DNA of 29,477 nt. Source: an uncultured Verrucomicrobiales bacterium (lineage in GTDB: Bacteria; Verrucomicrobiota; Verrucomicrobiia; Verrucomicrobiales; DEV007). The position numbers and the translations under genes are program-made. Under the pieces are notes generated by a model that was given only the letters and a program-made list of their open reading frames with translations, was not told the origin of the DNA and made no database searches. This document shows positions 1 to 8,129 of the stretch, in pieces. The stretch lies in the NCBI GenBank assembly GCA_938091905.1, contig CALKOM010000141.1, positions 1 through 29,477 of the forward strand, given 5' to 3'. Position 1 is the stretch's first letter. Every line of letters starts with the position of its first letter.

Positions 1-141
1 TGAGATGCGACGCTTGTGCGCCCTTGGTGTCGAACGCCGAAACGATGCCGCTGTGATAACGAACTGGCAGTTCTCTACCGCCGATGCTCGCACAAAGCTT
101 CACCGGCTTTATCCATCAACTCAATATTGATGCTCTACTAG
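1..141 (+). mobile_element. IS630-family insertion sequence, right end (transposase C-terminus 2..130, end at CTAG 138..141)
   Basis: The frame from base 2 reads EMRRLCALGVERRNDAAVITNWQFSTADARTKLHRLYPSTQY* (TGA 128..130). The W-x-F-x-x-x-DAR-x-KL-x-RLYP tail is characteristic of IS630-family transposases. It is followed by ...CTACTAG, matching the TA/CTAG ends of this family. Not in the ORF track. Confidence 0.85.
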
Positions 142-209
142 TTGCGGTCACGACTATTGTCGCGCTCACCGCCATGCTCGGCCGACGCTTCGTCACCGAA
201 CGCCCGTAA
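138..209 (+). pseudogene. C-terminal remnant of a probable membrane-protein gene interrupted by the IS630 element
   Basis: Reading from the CTAG junction gives LVAVTTIVALTAMLGRRFVTERP* (TAA 207..209), a hydrophobic helix followed by basic residues. Confidence 0.45.
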
Positions 210-256
210 TTTCAGGGTTTCCACAAGTCACCTGACCACGCATAGTCCGCACACCG

Positions 257-601
257 ATGACTGTGCATGCCATGACCGAGAAGATCCGCGCGTTCCGTGA
301 CGAACGCGATTGGATGCAGTTCCACAATCCCAAAGAACTCGCTGCCGCGATCACGATCGAGGCGAGTGAGCTGATGGAGCACTTTCTCTGGAAGACACCA
401 GAAGAGAGCGCAGAACGCGTAGCAACCCATCGCGAAGCGGTTCAGGACGAAATCGCAGACATCGCGATGTATCTCTTCGAGCTGGCGGATAATCTCGACA
501 TTGACTTGCTTGAGGCCATGACCCAGAAGATGGCCAAGAATGCAGCCAAGTATCCTGTCAACAAAGCACGCGGCTCTCACAAGAAATACACGGAGCTATG
601 A
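257..601 (+). CDS. MazG-like nucleotide pyrophosphohydrolase (dCTP pyrophosphatase-like)
   Basis: FRDERDWMQFHNPKELAAAITIEASELMEHFLW and DEIADIAMYL carry the ExxE...ExxD metal ligands; KMAKNAAKYP tail. Start may be 257 or 272. Confidence 0.9.
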   Translation: MTVHAMTEKIRAFRDERDWMQFHNPKELAAAITIEASELMEHFLWKTPEESAERVATHREAVQDEIADIAMYLFELADNLDIDLLEAMTQKMAKNAAKYPVNKARGSHKKYTEL

Positions 602-1464
602 AGAAACAGGTCACCCTAGGATTGCCCCAGTTTGCAGCTCTGCCCGAGCCCACGGCAAATCTTGCTAGGGCTGAAACCATGATTCGACAAGCAGCTTCAC
701 AGGGCGCCCAGATCGTTTGCCTGCAGGAACTATGCTCCACTTTGTACTTTTGCCAGATTGAAGATCCCACGCACTTCGATCTGACCGAGGCCATGCCAGG
801 TCCGACCACAGATCGATTTGGCCAACTCGCGAAAGAGTTAGGCATCGTCATCGTTCTTCCCCTCTTTGAAAAACGAGCAACCGGCGTCTATCATAACACG
901 GCTGCTGTTATCGACGCTGACGGCACGCTCCTCGGCAAGTATCGCAAGATGCATATCCCCGAGGATCCCGGGTTCCATGAGAAGTTTTATTTCACGCCAG
1001 GCGACCTCGGCTACCAAGCATGGGAGACGGCATTCGGAACGATCGGCGTGCTTATCTGTTGGGATCAGTGGTATCCTGAAGCCGCGCGGTTGACGGCGAT
1101 GCAAGGGGCCGACATTCTCTTCTACCCTACTGCAATTGGGTGGTTATTAGAAGAAAAGGATACGTTGGGCCCGGCACAACACAACGCGTGGCAAACGGTG
1201 CAACGGGGTCATGCCGTCGCCAATGGCTGCTACGTCGCTGTCGTCAATCGCATCGGCCAGGAAGGTGACACCCTCTTCTGGGGACGCTCATTTGCAGCAA
1301 ATCCCTATGGAGAAGTCATCGCGGAAGGCAGCACGACCGAAGAAGAAATCACGATAGTGACCTGCGACCTCGAGCTGCAGGAAGAGTTTCGTCGCATCTG
1401 GCCCTTCTTCCGAGATCGTCGCATTGATAGCTTCGATGGTCTAAAAGATCGCTGGGGCTCGTAG
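598..1464 (+). CDS. Carbon-nitrogen hydrolase (N-carbamoylputrescine amidase-like)
   Basis: Nitrilase-superfamily Glu-Lys-Cys triad in CLQEL, YRKMHIP and ICWDQWYPE; EKFYFTPGDLG and WPFFRDRR motifs. ATGA overlap with the upstream gene. Confidence 0.92.
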   Translation: MKKQVTLGLPQFAALPEPTANLARAETMIRQAASQGAQIVCLQELCSTLYFCQIEDPTHFDLTEAMPGPTTDRFGQLAKELGIVIVLPLFEKRATGVYHNTAAVIDADGTLLGKYRKMHIPEDPGFHEKFYFTPGDLGYQAWETAFGTIGVLICWDQWYPEAARLTAMQGADILFYPTAIGWLLEEKDTLGPAQHNAWQTVQRGHAVANGCYVAVVNRIGQEGDTLFWGRSFAANPYGEVIAEGSTTEEEITIVTCDLELQEEFRRIWPFFRDRRIDSFDGLKDRWGS

Positions 1465-1562
1465 GGCTCTTCCAGGTAACAGAAGCCGTCAGAGTTCGGA
1501 CTAGGATACCTCCCCTCTGAATTTTCACGAATCCAGCGATAGGTGTCGAAATGACTTGCTTT

Positions 1563-1615
1563 ATTTCTGTAAAGACAGAAATTTCTGATCCTATGATTTC
1601 TCTTCCGACAGAAAT
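1563..1615. promoter_or_regulatory. Two tandem palindromic operator-like sites (ATTTCTGT-N4-ACAGAAAT)
   Basis: Perfect ATTTCTGT-AAAG-ACAGAAAT at 1563..1582 and one-mismatch ATTTCTCT-TCCG-ACAGAAAT at 1596..1615, 33 bp apart, in an AT-rich patch at the head of the gene cluster. Confidence 0.65.
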
Positions 1616-1901
1616 TTGGCGAAACTGGGAGTGCATCTTTCTGCTCCAATGGCCTGCATTCGGAACCAGGTGGGTCCTGGCCGTATTACTCTTCCCCGCC
1701 CTTAGAATCGCACTGATCACACGCGGTCCCCAACTCGGATTCGGCCAGCAGCTGGGCTTTCTCTGCTGCTGGCCTGGGATGGACCTGGAACCCTTCCATC
1801 ACGGAGAACCCCTGGTAGTGGCTCGGCCCGGCTATCACACGCTCACCGCACCCTTCATCTTCCTAACGGCCGTCTCTTTGACAGCCGCCATCCTAGCTTA
1901 A
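1593..1901 (+). pseudogene. Probable truncated membrane-bound O-acyltransferase (MBOAT) family gene, N-terminal part only
   Basis: Hydrophobic 102-aa ORF whose LGFLCCWPGMDLEPF resembles the WPGMD segment I recall from PVC MBOAT-domain proteins. The C-terminal FW..RWN and catalytic His region is absent. Stops 6 nt before the next gene. Confidence 0.45.
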
Positions 1902-1907
1902 CTAGGT

Positions 1908-2822
1908 ATGAATCGATACAAGGCCATTCTCGCAGGAGGCAGCGGCTATCTTGGAGCGCTCCTCGCCCAGAAGCTTGTCCAGCTTGGTTGGGACGTAGTG
2001 ATACTCACTCGCGAACCAGATCGCTACCATGGAAACGGCCGCGCCATTCATTGGAATGGCCGGACAATAGGCCCCTGGGTCGCTGAAATGGAACACGCCA
2101 CCGTCCTGGTCAATCTGACAGGCAAGCGCGTCGACTGCCGCCCCACCAAGGCTAACCGCGAGGCCATCATCACGAGCCGAGTGGAATCGGTTCGTGTGTT
2201 AGGTGAGGCCATCAGGCAGGTCGATCATCCACCGATGACTTGGATCCAGTGCAGCTCGACCGCCGCCTATGGAGATGCTGGCGACCGTGTCTGCACCGAA
2301 GCTGCGCACGTGCCTGAGGGCTATCCAATGGATGTTTGCGTGGCTTGGGAAGCCGCCCTTGGCCAGGCCCTTCTACCAGGCATGCGCCACGTGATTCTTC
2401 GGATCAGTTTCGTCCTGGGAGCTCGTGCCGGGGCCTTGCCAATCCTAGCACGTCTCGCCAGATGGGGCTTGGGAGGCCCAATCGGAAATGGCTGCCAGTG
2501 GATCAGCTGGATCCACGAAGACGACATGGTGAATCTCTTTATTCATGCGATCAATGACAGTGACTGGCACGGGGTGATCAATGCCACCGGCCCGAGTCCC
2601 ATGACCAGTCGTGCGTTCATGAAGACTCTTCGGAAAAGGCTCAAACGCCCATGGAGTCCGGCTGTCCCCAAGCACTTCGTCTATCTTGGCGCCTGGCTCA
2701 TCAACAGCGATCCGAATATCGCACTCACCGGCAGACGGGCGGTTCCAACCAAGCTCGAAGCCTTGAAGTTTCCATACGAGTATCCAACTCTCAAGACCGC
2801 CTTACAAAACCTCAATCTCTAG
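1908..2822 (+). CDS. TIGR01777 family NAD-dependent epimerase/oxidoreductase (YfcH-like)
   Basis: Rossmann motif ILAGGSGYLG; VNLTG, SRVES, VCVAWE, GLGGPIGNGCQWISWIHEDD and FPYEYPTL motifs. Confidence 0.92.
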   Translation: MNRYKAILAGGSGYLGALLAQKLVQLGWDVVILTREPDRYHGNGRAIHWNGRTIGPWVAEMEHATVLVNLTGKRVDCRPTKANREAIITSRVESVRVLGEAIRQVDHPPMTWIQCSSTAAYGDAGDRVCTEAAHVPEGYPMDVCVAWEAALGQALLPGMRHVILRISFVLGARAGALPILARLARWGLGGPIGNGCQWISWIHEDDMVNLFIHAINDSDWHGVINATGPSPMTSRAFMKTLRKRLKRPWSPAVPKHFVYLGAWLINSDPNIALTGRRAVPTKLEALKFPYEYPTLKTALQNLNL

Positions 2823-2827
2823 CCATC

Positions 2828-3244
2828 ATGACCGAGTTTCTCATCCACGGCCTCCAAGCTGCCGCCGTTGGCCAGATCGCCCTCGCCGTTCTCAACTTCT
2901 TCCTTCCAACTATGTTAGATTGGCAGAATGATCTCCAGCGACTCTCGAAACTTCCGCGCGAGGTCTTTCATGTCCACGCTTGGTTCATTAGCATCACCGT
3001 GGGGCTATTCGGTATCCTTACCTGGCGATTTGCTGAAGAGCTTGCCCTTGGACGCCATGCTCTGAGCATCTGGCTGACAACCGGGATTGGAATCTTCTGG
3101 GGCATTCGGCTGGTCATCCAGTGGACCTATTACAGCCGGAGCCATTGGAGGGGAAAACTCCCTCGAACGGCAGCTCATCTGTTCTTCACATTCATCTATG
3201 CTTGCTGGACCATCGGCTACCTACTTGGAGGGCGCCTGGGGTGA
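2828..3244 (+). CDS. Small multi-pass membrane protein of unknown function (138 aa)
   Basis: ATG 2828 is 5 nt after the upstream stop; about four hydrophobic segments; the stop overlaps the GTG of the next gene (GTGA). The ORF-track start at 2651 lies inside the upstream gene. Confidence 0.8.
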   Translation: MTEFLIHGLQAAAVGQIALAVLNFFLPTMLDWQNDLQRLSKLPREVFHVHAWFISITVGLFGILTWRFAEELALGRHALSIWLTTGIGIFWGIRLVIQWTYYSRSHWRGKLPRTAAHLFFTFIYACWTIGYLLGGRLG

Positions 3245-4011
3245 CGCGGCCGACGCTCAGTGATCTAGGAAGAGCAAGGCTTCTCACCAGCCGTGGCGAA
3301 CCTCTTTTCCTAGCGCATTGGGATCGCGCCGTCTTTCTCCACTTCGAGGTGGATCCCAAGATCTTACAACCTCTCATTCCTGTGCCCCTCGATCTTTACA
3401 ACGGGCGTGCCTTTGTCAGTCTCGTTGCCTTTACCATGCGAGACATGCGACCACGGCTTGGCGGTCGCTTCGCCAAAGCCCTCTTTAAGCCCATCTCTAC
3501 CCACACTTTCCTCAACGTGCGCACCTACGTGATGCACCGCGGCGAACTAGGCATCTACTTCATGACCGAATGGGTTCCCAACAAACTTGCTGCCTTTCTG
3601 GGACCACGCACCTTTGGACTCCCCTATCGTTTAGGCGATCTCGACTACCACCACCACCATGAGAAGGGCCTCCTCAAAGCCGAAGTCCGGGCGAATGGAG
3701 GTCACCATGACACTGATACGCCTCGCTTGGCCTACCAAGCCAAGATTGATCCACACACCACTTACAAACCCTGCACACCAGATACGCTCGACGCTTTTCC
3801 GTTAGAACGCTACACCGCCTACACCCTACGCTTCGGCAAGCTTTGTTATTTCCGGATCTGACATCTACCTTGGAAACAAACCCGCATCAATGCTGAATTA
3901 TCTGACACCACCCTCCTCGATAAAACCGTCTTGCCGACGCGCTTCATCAGCGGGCACTATACCCCCGGGGCCCAGAATGTCTGGATGGGCCGCCCACACA
4001 CGGCAACCTAA
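3241..4011 (+). pseudogene. DUF2071/YqjF family protein with premature TGA at 3859..3861
   Basis: W...FLHFEVDP, LVAFTM, LNVRTYV, GIYF, GLPY and ERY motifs. Past the stop the same frame continues FRI*HLPWKQ...VWMGRPHTAT* to TAA 4009..4011. Confidence 0.85.
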
Positions 4012-4045
4012 TCAATACAGCCCCATCATTAACCTGGCGCTTTTT

Positions 4046-4098
4046 AGAGTAGCTCGGCCTTCCAGGCCGAGAAACCGACAGGATGCCGGATCTACACT
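4046..4098. repeat. REP/REPIN-like unit: two inverted GTAG-tagged hairpins
   Basis: GTAG 4049..4052 plus CTCGGCC-TTCCA-GGCCGAG 4053..4071, then CCGACA-GGA-TGCCGG and CTAC 4092..4095; intergenic. Confidence 0.65.
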
Positions 4099-4115
4099 AC
4101 CACCACCCCAACACC

Positions 4116-4538
4116 ATGACAGAAACATATCATTTTCACCGCCAACTTCGTCTCCTCTGCCGCTGATCTCTGAAACTCGTCTGTATCTGGGAAGGCCTTG
4201 TTCCCAAAATCCTTTGGCCCACCGACATGTAACGAGAGCTCATCATCCACTCCGGCTTGTATTGGCCAAATCCTAACACCGCTCTACAACATCTTGGCGT
4301 CGCCATGGTCGTCGCTGGAATCACACTCTGCTCAAGCTGGCAAGGGCGTCTTGCCGTCCTCGTCGCAGCCGGAGGCATGGGCATCCTCAACGTACGCGTC
4401 GTCGGCTTCCGTCCAGAGTCGATCAGAGACATGCATTGAAGCACCGCCAAAGACGCCTGTCTAATCGCCTGCGCTTGGGTTGTTTGGAAGCTCCATCCCG
4501 ACGACACCAAGTCTGACTCGGGGTTAGCTCCGGCATGA
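4116..4538 (+). pseudogene. DoxX-like family membrane protein with three in-frame stops
   Basis: One frame reads MTETYHFHRQLRLLCR*SLKLVCIWEGLVPKILWPTDM*RELII...RDMH*STAKDACLIACAWVVWKL...PA*, with stops at 4164, 4230 and 4437. EGLVPKIL is DoxX-like. The terminal TGA overlaps the next ATG (ATGA 4535..4538). Confidence 0.75.
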
Positions 4539-5464
4539 CCATCTTCGGCCTCACGCCCTCCGTCGTCGTCGGTATGTTCGCTTCGCTTGTTGCTACCGAA
4601 GCTGATCTGACTACGAATCATGCCGCTTCCAGTAACCTGCCCCGAGGTGCTGGATTCTACCAAAGCGCAAAGGCGGCGGGCCATCCCGCGGTAATCTTTG
4701 CCGAGGACTTTGAAGTCGAGGACTACACCAGCCGCTGGGATGAAGCGCGTGACAAGGACAAACGCGTACTCGCGCTAGTGGACCCGAATGACAAGCGCTT
4801 TGGCAAACAATCACTACAAGTTCGAGCGGACCTTGCCCACAACACCGGCGGCGGCCTCATCAAGTGGTTTGAATCCGCACCAACACTATTCCTTCGCTTC
4901 TATACCAAGTTCGATAAGGACTCTGATTACATTCACCATTTCGCCACGCTCCGCGCGAACAAAAGTCTACAAGGCAAGGATCGCTGGTCCGGCTTTGGTG
5001 GTGCAGGGCTCAAGCCTGAAGGAGATACACGTTTCTCAACCGCGCTGGAGCCGTGGGGAAACTGGGGCAAATGGCCCGCACCGGGCCGGTGGAACTTCTA
5101 CAGTTACTGGCATGAAATGAAACCCGCACCTGATGGGAAATACTGGGGCAACGGTTTCAGACCAGACGACCTACCCGACATCTCCAAAGACACCTGGATT
5201 TGCTGCGAATTCATGCTCAAACACAACACACCAAGCAAGCGCGATGGTGAACAAGCGTTCTGGATCGACGGCAAACTGCTAGGCCATTGGAAAGGTATTT
5301 CCTGGCGCACGTCACCATCGGTATGGGCAAATGCCCTCACCCTGGAAGCCTATGTCACGAACCGCTGGACTAAGAATCCGATCAACACGGTCCTCTTCGA
5401 CAACCTTGTCATCGCCCGCGATTACATCGGCCCCATTTCAATCGGCGCTCCCGCAGACAAATAA
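4535..5464 (+). CDS. Probable secreted protein with concanavalin-A/polysaccharide-lyase-like beta-sandwich
   Basis: Hydrophobic N-terminus; IFAEDFE, LFLRFYTKF, WICCEFMLKHNTP..RDGEQAFWIDGK and FDNLVIARDYIGP; rich in Trp and other aromatic residues. Fold is inferred. Confidence 0.7.
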   Translation: MTIFGLTPSVVVGMFASLVATEADLTTNHAASSNLPRGAGFYQSAKAAGHPAVIFAEDFEVEDYTSRWDEARDKDKRVLALVDPNDKRFGKQSLQVRADLAHNTGGGLIKWFESAPTLFLRFYTKFDKDSDYIHHFATLRANKSLQGKDRWSGFGGAGLKPEGDTRFSTALEPWGNWGKWPAPGRWNFYSYWHEMKPAPDGKYWGNGFRPDDLPDISKDTWICCEFMLKHNTPSKRDGEQAFWIDGKLLGHWKGISWRTSPSVWANALTLEAYVTNRWTKNPINTVLFDNLVIARDYIGPISIGAPADK

Positions 5465-5508
5465 AACGACGGCTTCTAATCCACGATCTGAGATGCTACA
5501 TCTAGCAA

Positions 5509-6930
5509 ATGGTTTGTCGAATCGTCCTCCTACTCACGGGGATCGCTGTCTTCTCTGCAAGCGCAGCGTCTCCTAATATCCTGATCATTCTTGCCGATGA
5601 CATGGGCTATGGCGACATGGGGTGCATGGGGAGCAAGCGACTCAAAACACCGCACCTCGATGCCCTGGCTGCCTCAGGAGTTCTCTGTTCCCAGGCCTAT
5701 GTGGCAAGTCCGGTCTGTTCACCTTCCCGTGCCGGACTGATCACAGGCCGCGATCCCAGGCGGTTCGGCTACGAAGGGAATCTCAATCAAAGCGCGGCAA
5801 ACTACGCCACGCGTCCCGAATTGTTGGGGCTACCACCAGGAGAACACACGCTGGGCGATCATCTCCGCTCCAGCGGTTATAACACCGCGTTGATCGGCAA
5901 GTGGCACCTCGGCAAGGGAGATGCATTCCACCCGAATCAACGTGGCTTTGATCACTTCTGTGGCATGCTCGGAGGCAGCCACGGTTACTTTCCAAAGCTA
6001 GATAAGAATCAGCTAGAACGTAATGGCCAACCACTACGCGAATTCTCAAATCCCTATCTGACCGACTTCTTCACGGACGAGGCCCTTGGATGGTTAGGCT
6101 CTCGAACCAAGCCATGGTTTCTCTTTCTCTCTTACAATGCGCCACATGGTCCTTTGCAAGCCACAGAAGAAGATCTCGCGAAGTTTGCCCACATCGAAAA
6201 CAAGAAGCGTCGCACCTACGCCGCTATGATGCTCGCGTTAGACCGTGGTGTGGGCAAGGTGCAGGCGAAACTGAAGGAGAGCGGACAACTAGAGAACACA
6301 CTGATCGTCTTTTTCTCGGACAACGGTGGCGCCACGGGAAATGCGAGTTGGAACGGTCCTCTCTCTGGTGTCAAAGGTTGCCTCCGCGAAGGCGGGGTAC
6401 GCGTGCCCATGATCTGGTCGTGGCCTGACAACCTACCGAAAGCCACGCACTGCGACACACCCGTCTCGAGCCTCGATCTTCTCCCCACATTCATGGCCGC
6501 GGCAGAAGGCAACGTCCTCCCTCTGCGATCCCCGCTATCACATGAAGACAAGCGCAACTACACGAAAGCGACAAACCAATTTGGGGCCTACGATGGCATG
6601 AATGTCTTACCCGTGCTCAAAGGAGCACCTGTGCCTATCAAACGCACACTCTTCTGGCGGATTCAAGGGCAGGCGGCCATTCTGAGCGGTAATGATAAAC
6701 TGATTCGCCTTTCCCATCGCCCTGCACAGTTCTTTCAACCCACTACCGATCTTGCCGAAGCCAATGATCTCGCTCCTCAAGAAAGCGAAACTTTTAAGCG
6801 TCTCTTTCGTCAACTCGCTGACTGGGAAGCGACGCTACCCACTGTTCCATTGTGGGGCTCTTCGCCGTTCTGGTCGAGTCAAAGTGCGAAGCATTACGAT
6901 ACATGGCTTCCACGTGACGAGCAACGTTAG
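5509..6930 (+). CDS. Formylglycine-dependent (S1) sulfatase, secreted
   Basis: Signal peptide; PNILIILADDMGYGD, CSPSRAGLITGR (CxPxR), GKWHLG, YNAPHGP, FFSDNG and EGGVRVP. Confidence 0.96.
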   Translation: MVCRIVLLLTGIAVFSASAASPNILIILADDMGYGDMGCMGSKRLKTPHLDALAASGVLCSQAYVASPVCSPSRAGLITGRDPRRFGYEGNLNQSAANYATRPELLGLPPGEHTLGDHLRSSGYNTALIGKWHLGKGDAFHPNQRGFDHFCGMLGGSHGYFPKLDKNQLERNGQPLREFSNPYLTDFFTDEALGWLGSRTKPWFLFLSYNAPHGPLQATEEDLAKFAHIENKKRRTYAAMMLALDRGVGKVQAKLKESGQLENTLIVFFSDNGGATGNASWNGPLSGVKGCLREGGVRVPMIWSWPDNLPKATHCDTPVSSLDLLPTFMAAAEGNVLPLRSPLSHEDKRNYTKATNQFGAYDGMNVLPVLKGAPVPIKRTLFWRIQGQAAILSGNDKLIRLSHRPAQFFQPTTDLAEANDLAPQESETFKRLFRQLADWEATLPTVPLWGSSPFWSSQSAKHYDTWLPRDEQR

Positions 6931-6980
6931 TTCTACGTTGTGATGTCGATCCGAGGAGATCGGTTCACGTTTCCATGATC

Positions 6981-7024
6981 GCACGGCCGTCTAGGCCGTG
7001 CCATGAGCTGGAAGCCTGTGCTGC
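6981..7024. repeat. Second, degenerate REP/REPIN-like unit
   Basis: Hairpin GCACGGCC-GTCTA-GGCCGTGC 6981..7001 followed by the imperfect palindrome CATGAGC-TGGAA-GCCTGTG; same CGGCC-N5-GGCCG core as the 4053 unit. Confidence 0.5.
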
Positions 7025-7075
7025 CCTACGCACCCTACTCACCCCACTCACCCTACCAACAACACCATATCTTTC

Positions 7076-7969
7076 ATGAAGTCTCACCCAAGTAGCAACC
7101 GACGTCGATTTATACAAACCTCCAGCTTGTGGCTTGGCGCCACGCTCATTCATGGCCAGGACCAGGCGCCCAAAGCGCCACCCCTGATTCGCATTGGTGT
7201 TGTCACGGATCTACACTATGCCGAGAAACGATCCAGTGGCTCACGGCACTATCAAGAGTCCACCAGAAAACTCACCGAAGCCGTGGCGCTGTTTCAGCAA
7301 GAGAAACCGGATTTCGTGATTGAACTTGGCGACCTCGTCGACGTGGCACCGACGGCGGAACAGGAAATCAAGTTCCTTAAAACGATCAATGCGATCTTTG
7401 AGAAAGTCGACTGTCCGCGTCACTACGTGCTTGGGAACCACTGTGTTGCCACCCTGACTAAAGAGCAGTTCTATCAATCGTGCGGAGCAACGAAATCAGG
7501 ATACTACAGTTGGGATCAGAATGGCGTTCACTTTATCATACTCGATGCCTGCTATCAGAAAGATCTTAAGGACTATCGGCCTGGGAACTTTGAATGGTCG
7601 GATACGAACATTCCTCCTGTGGAATCGGCCTGGCTAGCAAAGGATCTCAAATCGACCACGTTGCCAACAGTCGCTTTTGTGCACCAACGTTTGGACTTGG
7701 AGCCGGGAACCAGTCCCTATGCGATCAAACAGAGTCTTGAGGTGCGCAAGATACTCGAAGAGTCTGGCCAGGTCCGGGCCGTATTTCAAGGGCACAGCCA
7801 CAAGCACGAGCTTCACCAGATTGGCGATATTGCTTACTGCACCATAGCCGCGATGGTAGAAGGCAGCGGCGCGACGAACAATTCATACGCCATGTTAGAG
7901 ATCTACAAAGATGGCGCCATCCAGCTGAAAGGCTTTCGCAAACAGGAAACGTACAAGATTCCAGCATAG
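7076..7969 (+). CDS. Tat-exported calcineurin-like metallophosphoesterase
   Basis: Twin-arginine signal SNRRRFIQ; metal motifs TDLHY, LGDLVD, LGNHC, VHQ and GHSH. Confidence 0.92.
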   Translation: MKSHPSSNRRRFIQTSSLWLGATLIHGQDQAPKAPPLIRIGVVTDLHYAEKRSSGSRHYQESTRKLTEAVALFQQEKPDFVIELGDLVDVAPTAEQEIKFLKTINAIFEKVDCPRHYVLGNHCVATLTKEQFYQSCGATKSGYYSWDQNGVHFIILDACYQKDLKDYRPGNFEWSDTNIPPVESAWLAKDLKSTTLPTVAFVHQRLDLEPGTSPYAIKQSLEVRKILEESGQVRAVFQGHSHKHELHQIGDIAYCTIAAMVEGSGATNNSYAMLEIYKDGAIQLKGFRKQETYKIPA

Positions 7970-8129
7970 AAATATTCCCCCTATCTGAAATATTTCTAAG
8001 GATTACGCCACCGGTGTGTCATTCCTTTAACGAGGAATCGACCATGTGTCCGCCCGGTTTAGAATCCTTGAATTCCTGCCTGCGCGGGCGATGGTCTACT
8101 TTACCCAATTGAATTCAACCTGACAAATC

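Noticed and set aside
2651..3240. ORF-track starts at 2651 and 3121
   Set aside because: These extensions lie inside upstream genes; ATG 2828 and GTG 3241 fit operon spacing.
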